From: Hormoscilla sp.
GTDB taxonomy: Bacteria > Cyanobacteriota > Cyanobacteriia > Cyanobacteriales > Desertifilaceae
Length of the DNA: 48,260 nucleotides
Direction of reading: 5' to 3'
Assembly (NCBI GenBank): GCA_051439505.1
Contig: JBFRWI010000043.1
Location: 1 to 48,260 of the forward strand
Position numbers and translations under genes: made by a program. The notes under the pieces are model-generated. The model saw only the letters and a list, made by a program, of their open reading frames with translations. It was not told the DNA's origin and did not search any database. Positions 36,931-46,737 of the stretch are shown here, piece after piece. The number at the start of each line of letters is the position of its first letter. Positions within the stretch are counted from its first letter, which is position 1.

Positions 36931-38499
36931 ATGATTAACAGCTCCTTACCAGATATAAATAGCCTTTCGGTCTCTCAACAGGTAGCCCAGATGGTGGTGG
37001 TCCGGGCCTCTGGTTACCTATTCGATCGCCAAAGACTTTATCCTGAATGGGAACCGCCCGCTGCAACTCTCCAGCAGCTTGTATACCGCTATGGGGTAGG
37101 TGGGGCGATCTTGCTGGGAGGAAGTGCCGCAGAAATTGCGCTCCGCTGTCAACAGCTGCAAGACTGGGCAAATATCCCTTTGCTAATAGCAGCGGATATC
37201 GAAGAAGGGGTCGGTCAGCGGTTTGCTGGGGCGACCTGGTTTCCCCCACCAATGGCCTTGAGTGCTGTGGCGCGAACACAACCCTCTGCTGCACGAACTT
37301 ATGCTTTCCAAATGGGTGCTGTTACTGCCCGGGAGGCGATCGCTCTGGGCCTGAACTGGATCTTAGCACCCGTGGTGGATGTCAACAACAATCCTAGCAA
37401 CCCGGTGATTAATGTCAGGGCCTTTGGAGAAAACCCAGAAGCAGTGTCTATGCTCTCATCTGCTTTTATTCAGGGTACGGAGGGTTATCCTGTTTTGACC
37501 ACCGCGAAGCATTTTCCCGGACATGGGGATACGGCTGTTGATTCTCACCTGGATTTACCTATTTTACCCCATAATGATGCGAGATTGGCGGAGATTGAAT
37601 TACCCCCTTTCCAAAGCGCGATCGCCTATGGTGTGGATGCGGTAATGACTGCCCATCTGTTAATCCCTGCTTGGGATGCCGACCAACCCGCTACTCTATC
37701 TTATCCTATTTTAACAGGTAAGCTGCGCAACCAGCTCTCCTTTACGGGATTAATTGTTACCGATGCCCTGGTTATGGGGGCGATCGCCAACCGCTACGGT
37801 GCTAATGAAGCAGCAGTAAAAGCTGTCGAAGCGGGTGCTGATATTATCCTCATGCCCCAAAACCCAATTGAGGCGATCGAGGCAGTCAGTGCAGCTGTCG
37901 AAGAGGGGCGCATTGACAAAGCACGAATTACCGAATCTGTCAAGAGGATCTGGCAAGCTAAAGGGAAGGTATTTTCTTCTACATATCAGGTAAATTTTCC
38001 CTCTGACTTAGCCCAAGCAGATGCCGTTTCTACCGCTGAAAATATTTTACGGGATGCCCAGCATGCCAGGGGTTGCTTGTCAGTATGTCCTGAAAATTTC
38101 CGCAATTTAATTGTCGTAGATAGCGCCCTGAATTGCAAGTTTTTGGGCAAGCATACTCCCGCGATCGCCCTTCCCCAGAAGTTAGGCTATCAGCTACAGC
38201 TAGTTGACAGCTACACCCCAAGAAATACTCTGGGAACAGATCAACCTACCCTCCTGCAAATCTTTGCTCGCGGCAAGCCTTGGCGCGGAAATGCTGGTTT
38301 GGATGGGAGGATATTCGCTGGTTTTCAAGCATTAGTAAAAGCGAAAAAGCTGCAAGGGTTAATTATCTATGGCAGTCCTTATATTCTCGATAAATCTATT
38401 CCCGAATTACCGCCAGAAGTGCCTTACGTATTTACCTACGGACAGATGCCAGAGGCCCAGGCGATCGCCCTAGCAACATTATTTCCGGAGAACCAATAA
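36931..38499 (+). CDS. Glycoside hydrolase family 3 (NagZ-like beta-N-acetylhexosaminidase)
   Basis: ADIEEGVG, APVVDVNNN, KHFPGHGDTAVDSH and TDALVMGA. Confidence 0.9.
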   Translation: MINSSLPDINSLSVSQQVAQMVVVRASGYLFDRQRLYPEWEPPAATLQQLVYRYGVGGAILLGGSAAEIALRCQQLQDWANIPLLIAADIEEGVGQRFAGATWFPPPMALSAVARTQPSAARTYAFQMGAVTAREAIALGLNWILAPVVDVNNNPSNPVINVRAFGENPEAVSMLSSAFIQGTEGYPVLTTAKHFPGHGDTAVDSHLDLPILPHNDARLAEIELPPFQSAIAYGVDAVMTAHLLIPAWDADQPATLSYPILTGKLRNQLSFTGLIVTDALVMGAIANRYGANEAAVKAVEAGADIILMPQNPIEAIEAVSAAVEEGRIDKARITESVKRIWQAKGKVFSSTYQVNFPSDLAQADAVSTAENILRDAQHARGCLSVCPENFRNLIVVDSALNCKFLGKHTPAIALPQKLGYQLQLVDSYTPRNTLGTDQPTLLQIFARGKPWRGNAGLDGRIFAGFQALVKAKKLQGLIIYGSPYILDKSIPELPPEVPYVFTYGQMPEAQAIALATLFPENQ

Positions 38500-38513
38500 A
38501 AATTGAGAATATA

Positions 38514-39332
38514 ATGGAATTTTTGAGTATATTGCTCTCGGGTTTGTTATTGCTAGTGTCGCCAGCAGGATTGATAGCAGATAGGGCGATCGGAAATAGC
38601 ATCAGGACTCAAGTAGAACGGGTGGAAGAATTGCAAGTGCGAGTAGATAACGCCCCCACTCACAGGCTACTGCAAGGAAAGGCAGAACGGGTAAGAATTG
38701 CGGGGCGAGGAATATGGATAGGACCAGAAGTAAGAATAGCAGCTCTGGAATTGGAAACAGACCCGATCGATATTGATAGAAAGCAGCTATCCCAGAACCA
38801 GGAAAATATCCAATTTATAGAACAACCCTTACAAGGGGGAGTGCGGTTGGTGTTAACTCAAGTGGATATAAATAGAGCATTGCAGTCCCCCCCGATCGCG
38901 GCCCGGTTGCGCCAATTCAGCATTAACAGCGTTCCATCTGCTGCCGCCGACCAGATGGAACGCTATGAGTTTGTCAATCCGCGAGTAGAATTTTTAGATA
39001 ATAACCGACTGCGTTTCCAGCTAGAATTACAAGAACAAAGGCATGGGTTAGATGCCGGGTTTAAGCTGGCGCTCCTAGCAGAGTCCGGTTTTCGGGTGGT
39101 AGCCGGACGACGAATAGAACTGGTGGCACCGCGTTTAGAAGTCAATGGTAACCCAGTGCCGCCAATTTTGGTCAATGCGATCGCGGCAGGCTTTAGTCGC
39201 AGAGCCGATCTGCGCCGTCTAGAAGCTAACAAAATCAAAATCGCGCTCTTAAAATTAGAAGTAAGCCCGGAACTTCTAGAGATAGCAGCGTTTGTACATT
39301 TGCAACCACAGGCCAGTCTTCCTGGCAGATAG
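38514..39332 (+). CDS. DUF2993 (LmeA-like) protein
   Basis: N-terminal TM, LQVRVDNAP..LLQGK..RVRIAGRG and LTQVDINRALQS. Confidence 0.8.
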   Translation: MEFLSILLSGLLLLVSPAGLIADRAIGNSIRTQVERVEELQVRVDNAPTHRLLQGKAERVRIAGRGIWIGPEVRIAALELETDPIDIDRKQLSQNQENIQFIEQPLQGGVRLVLTQVDINRALQSPPIAARLRQFSINSVPSAAADQMERYEFVNPRVEFLDNNRLRFQLELQEQRHGLDAGFKLALLAESGFRVVAGRRIELVAPRLEVNGNPVPPILVNAIAAGFSRRADLRRLEANKIKIALLKLEVSPELLEIAAFVHLQPQASLPGR

Positions 39333-39419
39333 CTAGTCTAGATGTATTGATTGTCGGGATTATTCACGAACCTCGCCGTCACGGGCGTGATGCTCTATTA
39401 AATCATCAACAAGGTCATT

Positions 39420-40079
39420 ATGCAAGAGCAAAAATCAAGTCGCAACATGCCGATAGCCGTCGTTGCCAGTATTTCCGCCTTGATGGGCATGGCAATTGGT
39501 GGCGGCCTAACTTGGTGGCAATTGAATTCACGACTCGACCACCCCACATCCGTGGTAACGGAACCGTCCGTGCCGCCAGTCACGGACTCCCGACCCGCGA
39601 TCGCGCCATCGCCACCAGTCATACCAACGACACCGGAGCCGACCGTAGCTTTCCAGACAGTTCAAGTTTATTGGCTCAAGGACAGTAACAACGGTTTGGA
39701 TATAGAGTTGGTTGGCAGTTCAATTCAGCTGAAGTCCGATCTGGGGGAACCCTTAGAAGCTGCCTTCCATCGTTTACTAGCTGGACCAGATGACCCGACT
39801 TTTGGCACCACTATTCCAGCGGGGACGCGACTGCGGAGCGTACAGATCAAAAACAATGGCGTCCACGTCGATCTCTCCCGCGAGTTTACCACTGGTGGTG
39901 GCACTGCTTCTATGAGCGGTCGGCTGGGACAGATTATTTACACGGCCACCACTCTTCAACCAGATGCTCAAGTCTGGCTCTATGTGGAAGGTAAGCCTTT
40001 GGAGTATTTAGGAGGTGGAGGCTTGGAGGTCGAAGGCCCCCTCACTCGTCAACGCTTCCAAAAGGAATTGGCCCTGTAG
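39420..40079 (+). CDS. GerMN domain protein
   Basis: TM, Pro-rich linker, LLAGP, TTIPAGTRL and VDLSREFTTGGG.ASM.GRLGQIIYTAT. Confidence 0.9.
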   Translation: MQEQKSSRNMPIAVVASISALMGMAIGGGLTWWQLNSRLDHPTSVVTEPSVPPVTDSRPAIAPSPPVIPTTPEPTVAFQTVQVYWLKDSNNGLDIELVGSSIQLKSDLGEPLEAAFHRLLAGPDDPTFGTTIPAGTRLRSVQIKNNGVHVDLSREFTTGGGTASMSGRLGQIIYTATTLQPDAQVWLYVEGKPLEYLGGGGLEVEGPLTRQRFQKELAL

Positions 40080-40093
40080 CAAGAGGCGGCCTC

Positions 40094-40447
40094 TCAACGC
40101 TTGCCTGTCATACTAAAATCTCGAAAATGACGGGCTTGTTGCTCGATGCGCTCCGCTAGGCGATCGCAAACCAGATTACACAGCTGAAATATGAGGTCGT
40201 CCTTAACGCTGTAATAGGCAGATGTCCCTTCGGTCCGCCGGCTGAGGATCCCAGCTTGTAACATCACCTTCAGGTGTTTAGAAACATTAGCCTGACTGGT
40301 TTGTGTGGCCTCCACCAATTCTTGTACGCATTTTTCGCCGTTGCGGAGCAAACTCAAAATCCGCAGCCGCATCGGCTCAGCTAAGATACTGAAATACTCG
40401 GCCACTTGTTGGACGACTTCTTGGGAGATCTGCTCCTTTGGTTCCAT
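40094..40447 (-). CDS. ArsR/SmtB-family transcriptional regulator
   Basis: FSILAEPMRLRIL, SQANVSKHLKVM and RRTEGTSAYY. Start set at MEPKEQ. Confidence 0.9.
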   Translation of the reverse strand: MEPKEQISQEVVQQVAEYFSILAEPMRLRILSLLRNGEKCVQELVEATQTSQANVSKHLKVMLQAGILSRRTEGTSAYYSVKDDLIFQLCNLVCDRLAERIEQQARHFRDFSMTGKR

Positions 40448-40681
40448 ACCCATCTGACTCTCACACCATTTAGCCCAAATTTTAGCAGTTAATCTATCGA
40501 TAGCGATAGGGTAATCAAGTTTCAGTTGTTGGTGGGCAACATGCACTCCTTGCAGTCCGTGAGGCTAGTCCGCGATGGGTGACTCCTGTCGTAGGGTCAT
40601 GCTAGTATAGCGAAAATACTGAGAAACTGCTCCGAACCCACTCCCGGATGGGGTCACTTACCAACAAGAGGGAAGTAATTA

Positions 40682-40723
40682 TGTGACATAAGCTACAGGT
40701 AAAAATCAAAAAAATCTTAAAAT
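40682..40723 (+). promoter_or_regulatory. Putative NtcA-activated promoter of the UrtA-GAF-kinase gene
   Basis: TGTGACATAAGCTACA (GTG-N8-TAC, TGT-N10-ACA) followed after 21 nt by TAAAAT. Confidence 0.5.
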
Positions 40724-40753
40724 AAAAAGTAGATTGAAAAAATGAGAGAATAA

Positions 40754-43543
40754 ATGATGATACAAGGGGAAACGATTAGGGTGGGAATGTTGCACTCTTT
40801 GAGTGGAACGATGGCAATATCTGAAGTATCCCTCCTGGATGCAGGCATGATGGCGATCGCCGAAATAAACCAAGAAGGTGGAGTCCTGGGAAAAACAATA
40901 GAACCTGTAGTAGAATATGGCTCCTCTGACCCCGCCATTTTCGCCCAGAAAACGAGGCAGTTGATAGTCAAAGAGCAAGTGGCGACGATTTTTGGAGGCT
41001 GGACTTCTGCATGTCGCAAGGCAGTCTTGCCCGTACTTGAAGAATTGAACGGGCTGCTATGGTATCCAGTGGAGTACGAGGGCCTAGAAAGCTCTAGGAA
41101 TATTTTCTATAGCGGGGCTTGCCCCAATCAGCAGGTGGAGCCAGCAATGCATTGGTTGCTGCAAAACAAGGGCAAAAGGTTTTATCTGTTGGGTTCTGAT
41201 TACGTGTTCCCCCGGACGGTAAACAAGCTGATTAAAGCTCATCTCAAATACATGGGTGGTACTCTGAGTGGGGAAGAATACAGCTCCTTGGGGGCGACTG
41301 ATTTTCAGAAAATAATTACCAGCATCAAGCAAGCTCAAGCATCTGTTGTCTTCAGTACCCTGAATGGAGACAGCAATATCGCTTTTTATCAACAGTATAA
41401 AGAGGCGGGAATTAGCGCCGAGGATATTCCGATCGTGGCGGTCAGCGTCGCGGAAGCAGAACTTCAGGGTATTGGCGGTGAAATAGCTGCTGGTCACTAT
41501 GCTGCCTGGAGCTATTTCCAAAGTCTGGATAGGCCGAGCAATAGAAAATTTGTGGAGTCTTTTCGGGCGATGTACGGTCCCGATCGAGTTACTAGCGACC
41601 CCATGCAAGCGGCTTACACTCAAATATATCTCTGGAAAAAGGCAGTTGAACGTGCCCGGTCTTTCGAGGTCGATCGGGTGCGTCAGGCGGCTTACGGTCA
41701 GACTTTCGAGGCCCCTGGAGGTATAGTTAAGATTGAAAAAAACCATCATTTATGGAAACCCTGTTATATTGGCAAGATTTTGGCAAGTGGTCAATTTCAG
41801 GTGGTCTATAGCAGTGAAGGTTTGATTAAACCTCAGCCTTGGTTGGGAATTGAAGATTTACAGAATCGGGTATCGCCCGTGATCGTGGATATGCTAGCTG
41901 AGGTTTCTCAATCAATATCCTACAACTGCAAACTAGAGCAAAAGTCCCGCGAGGTGGAAATAGCTAATGCCCAATTGCGGGCTGCGAATGAACGCCTGCA
42001 AGAGACGCAAGCACAATTGCAGCAACGCACTGCCCAGTTTAAGAAAATAGTCCAGCAGGCAGAACTGCTGAAACGTCGTCTTTCCAGCCAAATCAGGGAC
42101 TCCCTGGATCTGGAGACGATTTTGTCTACAGCAGTTAGAGAAATTCGGGAAATGCTCTCAATTGACTATTGCAAGTTTTTCTGGTGCCGCACGGGGATTC
42201 CAGAAATGCAAAAGTTTACTAATTCTCAATTATATTTTGAACTCTGCCAGGAAAATTGCGATCCGAGATTAGAAACGATCAGCCCAAACCCGTTGCAAAT
42301 TGTGTCGGGACTGGGGGAGAAGTTGATAGAGTTTAATCTGCTACAGATAGATGCTGTTGCGACTACTGATATCCTGGATGATGATAGTCGGGAACTACTG
42401 ATGTTGCTGGGTTGGAAGTCAATACTGGCAACGACCGTGCATACCCGTTCTGGTGAAATAGGGGCGATCGTCTGCGAACAGGAAAGTGACGATCACCCTT
42501 GGAGTGAAAGCGAAGTGGAACTGTTGAGTGCCGTGGCGGACCAACTGGGACTGGCGATCGACCAGGCAAAGCTTTACGAACAGCAGCGCATCCAGGCGGC
42601 GTTGGCCACGGCACAGGCGGAACAACTGCAACAGGCTTTAGATAATTTACAGCAGACTCAAGATCATCTGGTGCAAACGGAAAAGTTGTCGGTTCTGGGA
42701 CAGTTACTGGCGGGCGTTGCTCATGAAATTAACAATCCTGTTAGCTTTATTCACGGCAACATTACTTTTATCAAAGAATACGCATTAGACCTGTTGGGAA
42801 TGGTCAAACTCTACCAAAAATATTACCCCAATCCCGTCAAGGCGATCCAGAAATATGCTCAAGCGATCGAGTTTGATTTCCTGGTAGAAGATTTGCCGGA
42901 AATACTCTCTTCCATGCAAGTAGGTGCCGATCGCATCCGCGAAATAGTCCAGTCTTTGCGCAATTTATCCCGCCGCGACCAGGCCCAAATTCAAAGGGTT
43001 AATATTCATGAAGGGCTAGATGGTACCCTGGTAATCTTAAAGAATAAGCTAAAAGGAACTGGCGATCGCCCGGAAATTAAAGTATTTAAAGAATACGGCC
43101 TTATCCCACAGGTGGACTGCTATCCGGGGCAGTTGAATCAGGTATTTATGAATATCCTCAGCAATGCTATCGATGCCTTGTCAGAAAGTCATGGTAAATG
43201 GAAAATGAAAAATGCTTCCCAGCACCATCAGGGCGATCGGCATTTAGAAACCCCCACCATTTCAATTAGGACGGAACTGGTTAATGATCGCTCTGTAGTG
43301 ATTCAAATTGCTGATAATGGAGCGGGAATGAGAGAAGAGGTCAAAAGGAAGCTGTTTGAGGAGTTTTTTACTACTAAACCTGTAGGTAAGGGCACTGGTT
43401 TGGGTCTATCAATTAGCTATAAGATTGTGGTGGAAAAGCATAAAGGAATCCTCAGATGCGAGTCAACACTCGGTGAGGGCACGGTGTTTTTTATTGAAAT
43501 TCCCGTGCGGCATCAGGCAGAATTATCTGTTGTCAAAACGTGA
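40754..43543 (+). CDS. Soluble histidine kinase with N-terminal UrtA/AmiC-type amide-binding domain and GAF
   Basis: IRVGMLHSLSGTMAISE, FGGWTSACRK, YPVEYEGLE and GSDYVFPR (UrtA-like); coiled coil; GAF; AGVAHEINNP H-box; KGTGLGL. No signal peptide or TM seen. Confidence 0.9.
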   Translation: MMIQGETIRVGMLHSLSGTMAISEVSLLDAGMMAIAEINQEGGVLGKTIEPVVEYGSSDPAIFAQKTRQLIVKEQVATIFGGWTSACRKAVLPVLEELNGLLWYPVEYEGLESSRNIFYSGACPNQQVEPAMHWLLQNKGKRFYLLGSDYVFPRTVNKLIKAHLKYMGGTLSGEEYSSLGATDFQKIITSIKQAQASVVFSTLNGDSNIAFYQQYKEAGISAEDIPIVAVSVAEAELQGIGGEIAAGHYAAWSYFQSLDRPSNRKFVESFRAMYGPDRVTSDPMQAAYTQIYLWKKAVERARSFEVDRVRQAAYGQTFEAPGGIVKIEKNHHLWKPCYIGKILASGQFQVVYSSEGLIKPQPWLGIEDLQNRVSPVIVDMLAEVSQSISYNCKLEQKSREVEIANAQLRAANERLQETQAQLQQRTAQFKKIVQQAELLKRRLSSQIRDSLDLETILSTAVREIREMLSIDYCKFFWCRTGIPEMQKFTNSQLYFELCQENCDPRLETISPNPLQIVSGLGEKLIEFNLLQIDAVATTDILDDDSRELLMLLGWKSILATTVHTRSGEIGAIVCEQESDDHPWSESEVELLSAVADQLGLAIDQAKLYEQQRIQAALATAQAEQLQQALDNLQQTQDHLVQTEKLSVLGQLLAGVAHEINNPVSFIHGNITFIKEYALDLLGMVKLYQKYYPNPVKAIQKYAQAIEFDFLVEDLPEILSSMQVGADRIREIVQSLRNLSRRDQAQIQRVNIHEGLDGTLVILKNKLKGTGDRPEIKVFKEYGLIPQVDCYPGQLNQVFMNILSNAIDALSESHGKWKMKNASQHHQGDRHLETPTISIRTELVNDRSVVIQIADNGAGMREEVKRKLFEEFFTTKPVGKGTGLGLSISYKIVVEKHKGILRCESTLGEGTVFFIEIPVRHQAELSVVKT

Positions 43544-43644
43544 CCAGCATGTTATTAATATTTTTCATCTCGGCGATCCATTTAAGATAATTAATGTTAG
43601 ATGTAGGGTGGGCACCGCCCACCAATCGTCAGGTAAGGGATGTG

Positions 43645-44082
43645 TTAGGTTCGCCAGTTATCCAACTGCAATTCGTAACCGATCGCCTGAATCCGCTGAT
43701 AATGTGATAAATTGCCAGTGACTAAAGTCAAGTTATATTGTAAGGCAGTAGCGGCGATCATGGAATCAGCCAAACCTATTGGTTGTCCTATACGTTCGAG
43801 ACCGCCACAGATGCGTCCTGCTAATTCAGCGCCTTTATGGTCGAGTGTCAAAATCTCCGTCTTACTAATCTCAGCTAGAAACTGCTGAATGCGGTCTTCT
43901 CGTTGCAGCTTCTGCCAACCTTTGACAATTTCCGTGACTGTGATAACGGAGATTGTGTAGTAACTGAAAGCCGCTAGATAAGCCGCGCCCCTAGTTACAA
44001 CCTGCTGATTTCTGCGCTTGCGGCTTTCCGAAAAAATATCCGTGTCAAGTATTACTTTATTCAAGGTTCTGACTCCAGCCAA
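43645..44082 (-). CDS. vapC: VapC/PIN-domain toxin
   Basis: ILDTDIFSE, E, and D.MIAATAL...LVTGN..HY.RI. Confidence 0.9.
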   Translation of the reverse strand: MAGVRTLNKVILDTDIFSESRKRRNQQVVTRGAAYLAAFSYYTISVITVTEIVKGWQKLQREDRIQQFLAEISKTEILTLDHKGAELAGRICGGLERIGQPIGLADSMIAATALQYNLTLVTGNLSHYQRIQAIGYELQLDNWRT

Positions 44083-44317
44083 ACTTTTGATTTAATGGAT
44101 GTGCTGCCCGGTCTCTCATAATATCTGCAAGTATTTCATCGACCAATTCGGCTTCATCTTCCCATCCTCCTAGCAAGGGGTAATTTTCCGCTTCTGTCAC
44201 TGCAAACTTTTCAATCGCTTTGGTAACCAGTTCTGCTAAACTACACTCGTGCCACTTTGCCATCCACTGTGCTTTCTCCAGGGTTCGTTCGTCCAGTTCT
44301 AGTTCTATCTTTTCCAT
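44057..44317 (-). CDS. Cognate VapB-like antitoxin
   Basis: 86 aa, RHH-like N-terminus, overlaps the PIN gene, GGAGG RBS. Confidence 0.78.
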   Translation of the reverse strand: MEKIELELDERTLEKAQWMAKWHECSLAELVTKAIEKFAVTEAENYPLLGGWEDEAELVDEILADIMRDRAAHPLNQKFGWSQNLE

Positions 44318-44490
44318 GCTGTCTCCTCCGTAATATCCGTTGCCTCTGATTATAGCATCTTTGTACGGTTATCGCTAATTATAATTCTGAAACTATTTCG
44401 CGATCGCCTTACTTCATCCATGTCTTCCGTGTCAAGTTCGGAACTTGTTGGTTATTCTGATTTTAGCATAATTCTGTCCTTCACAACTCC

Positions 44491-44562
44491 TTCTCTTCGC
44501 TGTCAGCCCGCCTGGGGTATCCCACCCCAGGCTAATAGCTAAAGTAGGTTAAAACCGACTAA
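44491..44562. repeat. Double-hairpin core repeat (same family as 661-712)
   Basis: CCCGCCTGGGG..CCCCAGGCTAATAGCTAAAGTAGGTTAAAACCGACT. Confidence 0.75.
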
Positions 44563-44802
44563 TAACATTTATAAAAATTGCTACCATTTTTTTATAAACG
44601 TCGCAGATATTCTCTATGAATGCCTTTTGCTGATAGCTTCCGCGCCGAAATTACTCCCCTTTTACGGGCGATCGCCAGTACCCGATCGGCCTTTGATGGC
44701 TTTTTGCTGCTCTGATTCATTGTGTTATTTTGTCGGTATTTATTTATTTATACCGACGTTTCGTCACAAAAGCGATCTGCGCGATCGCCAGTCCCTCCCC
44801 TA

Positions 44803-44856
44803 GGGGGTACCGGCGATCGCGGGGGTACCGGCGATCGCGGGGGAACCGGCGATCGG
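44803..44856. repeat. Three 18 bp HIP1-containing tandem repeats
   Basis: GGGGGTACCGGCGATCGC, GGGGGTACCGGCGATCGC, GGGGGAACCGGCGATCGG. Confidence 0.85.
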
Positions 44857-44960
44857 GCGGGGAAGGAGGGAAAAATATTTTTTTGCAGTTTTGCATAGAT
44901 GCTGAGGTGACCTGCTAATAAGTGACCAGATGCCGAGAGGTTAAGCAATGAGGAGTACAG

Positions 44961-45620
44961 ATGGATGCATTGGAACAGCGCGTTCTGGAGATTCAAAAGC
45001 TTCCTAGTGGGAGCAATAAGCGTCGCATCGCCCTCAATCGGGTGATTAACGACATTGAGAAATCAGACAAGCTTTTCTGTCAGGGGAGATTTAACTATCC
45101 CAAGGAGACTGGGGTATACGATGAGGCCCTCTGGGAAACTTTGCTGTATATTAGTCACAAGATTGATGAGTACGACCCGAATAAAGCCAAGGTGATGACT
45201 TGGGTTAATCGCATCTTGGAGTATAAGTTTAAGGAGGCGATTAAGAAATACAAGAAGAGGCGGGAAAGGGCAATTAAGGAACTGTCTTTGGATGCCCCTG
45301 TCCGTAACGATTTTGACACGCCCCTCTCCGAGACGATCGCCCAACCTGATGGTAAGTCTATTCTTTCCGATCGCGTCTGGGACTATATTTTCAACGATCC
45401 TGATGGTCTCTTTGCACAAAAACACGTTAAGGGTCATCCCCGGGCGAACTATCGCTCGATCGCCCTCTTAGTCCTGGAGGGTCACTGCTGGAAAGATGTA
45501 GCCGTAGCGGTGGGGATGCCCGATCGGAAATGGTCTACTGTTCAGAGTTTTTACTGGCGATCGTGCCAGAAGTTTGCTCCCAACTTTCGGGAATATTTGC
45601 AGAAGATGGAGGACGAGTAA
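44961..45620 (+). CDS. Divergent sigma-70/ECF-like sigma factor
   Basis: Region-2-like YDEALWETLLYISHKIDEYDP..VMTWVN..L, SLDAP linker, C-terminal HTH (W.DVA...TVQSFYWR); GAGGAG RBS. Confidence 0.8.
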   Translation: MDALEQRVLEIQKLPSGSNKRRIALNRVINDIEKSDKLFCQGRFNYPKETGVYDEALWETLLYISHKIDEYDPNKAKVMTWVNRILEYKFKEAIKKYKKRRERAIKELSLDAPVRNDFDTPLSETIAQPDGKSILSDRVWDYIFNDPDGLFAQKHVKGHPRANYRSIALLVLEGHCWKDVAVAVGMPDRKWSTVQSFYWRSCQKFAPNFREYLQKMEDE

Positions 45621-46552
45621 TGAGTTGCCTAACAACTGAACCTTTGACTTTCACGGTTCCCATTACCAGGGATGTTTATCACCAGGGGACTCACTTTAGT
45701 CGGGAACAAAAGCACCCCGAAAAAGCCCGACAGGTTTATCTGAATACTTTGGCGGTTTTGGCTGTTGAGTTCTACTGTCAATGTATGGAAGTGGAAACTG
45801 ATTTGCCCGCAAGTGATAGCTGGAATCTTTCTCCACGCACTCTGATGGATGTGGCGGATCTGGTAATTAAAGATCTGGGTAAGTTGGAGTGTCGTCCTGT
45901 TTTGCCAGGGGAGCAATCTTGTCACGTGCCCGGAGAAGTGAGGTCCGATCGGGTTGGCTATGTGGTGGTGGAAATTAACGAGGAAAATAATCGAGCGACT
46001 TTGTTGGGATTTGCGGAATCTGCACCGGCGGGGGAACTGAAAATTAGTCAGTTGGACTCCCTGGAAGCTTTGATTTATAAATTTCCCGAACCAGAACCCG
46101 TTCCAACTGTGGTAAGGTTACTACAATGGTTTGAGGGACTTTTCGATCCCGGTTGGCAAGCAGTTGAGGAATTATGGGCACCCAGAAGTAAGCTAGGTTA
46201 TGCTAGAGGTGCGAGTGGCTTCACGGTCAAACGGGCTAAAGTTATTGACTTGGGGTTACTCCTCAATGGCGAAACTGTGGCTTTAGTGGTGAATCTCCAG
46301 CATGAAGCTAACAATGAATTTGGTATCCTGGTACAAGTTCAGCCTATGGGCGATCGACAACATCTGCCACCGGGCCTGAAGCTACAGGTTAATCTTGAGT
46401 CAGACAGTGCGGAAGTTGAGGCGAGGGAGGCTGACAATTACATTCAATTGGAATTTAGTCAGCGACCTGGGAGAAGGTTTAATGTTCAAGTTTCCCTGGG
46501 GGATGCCATAATTACTGAAGAGTTTGCTGTTGAAGGCGCTAGGGCTGCTTAA
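45620..46552 (+). CDS. DUF1822 family protein
   Basis: TAATG-coupled to the sigma gene; KARQVYLNTLAVLAV, ADL....GKLECRPV, DRVGYVVV, L.QWFEG.F..GWQ, KRAKVIDLG and AREADNYIQL. Confidence 0.88.
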   Translation: MSCLTTEPLTFTVPITRDVYHQGTHFSREQKHPEKARQVYLNTLAVLAVEFYCQCMEVETDLPASDSWNLSPRTLMDVADLVIKDLGKLECRPVLPGEQSCHVPGEVRSDRVGYVVVEINEENNRATLLGFAESAPAGELKISQLDSLEALIYKFPEPEPVPTVVRLLQWFEGLFDPGWQAVEELWAPRSKLGYARGASGFTVKRAKVIDLGLLLNGETVALVVNLQHEANNEFGILVQVQPMGDRQHLPPGLKLQVNLESDSAEVEAREADNYIQLEFSQRPGRRFNVQVSLGDAIITEEFAVEGARAA

Positions 46553-46647
46553 CAGACAAGGGTTTTCAGTCCAGAACCACCGCCGGAGATTCAAAACCTC
46601 TGCCGGTGGCGGGATGGCAGGATGGCGGGATAATTGACAATGAGGCA

Positions 46648-46701
46648 AGATGAAATTTGATGTCAGATTGATGTAAGATGTAAATTGATGTAAGATGTAA
46701 A
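46648..46701. repeat. Short GATGTAA-based tandem repeats between the DUF1822 and CHAT genes
   Basis: ATTGATGTAAGATGTAA twice, plus degenerate units. Confidence 0.65.
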
Positions 46702-46737
46702 GTAGAACCGCTGGCGTGGCATCGGGCAAGGGTGAGG

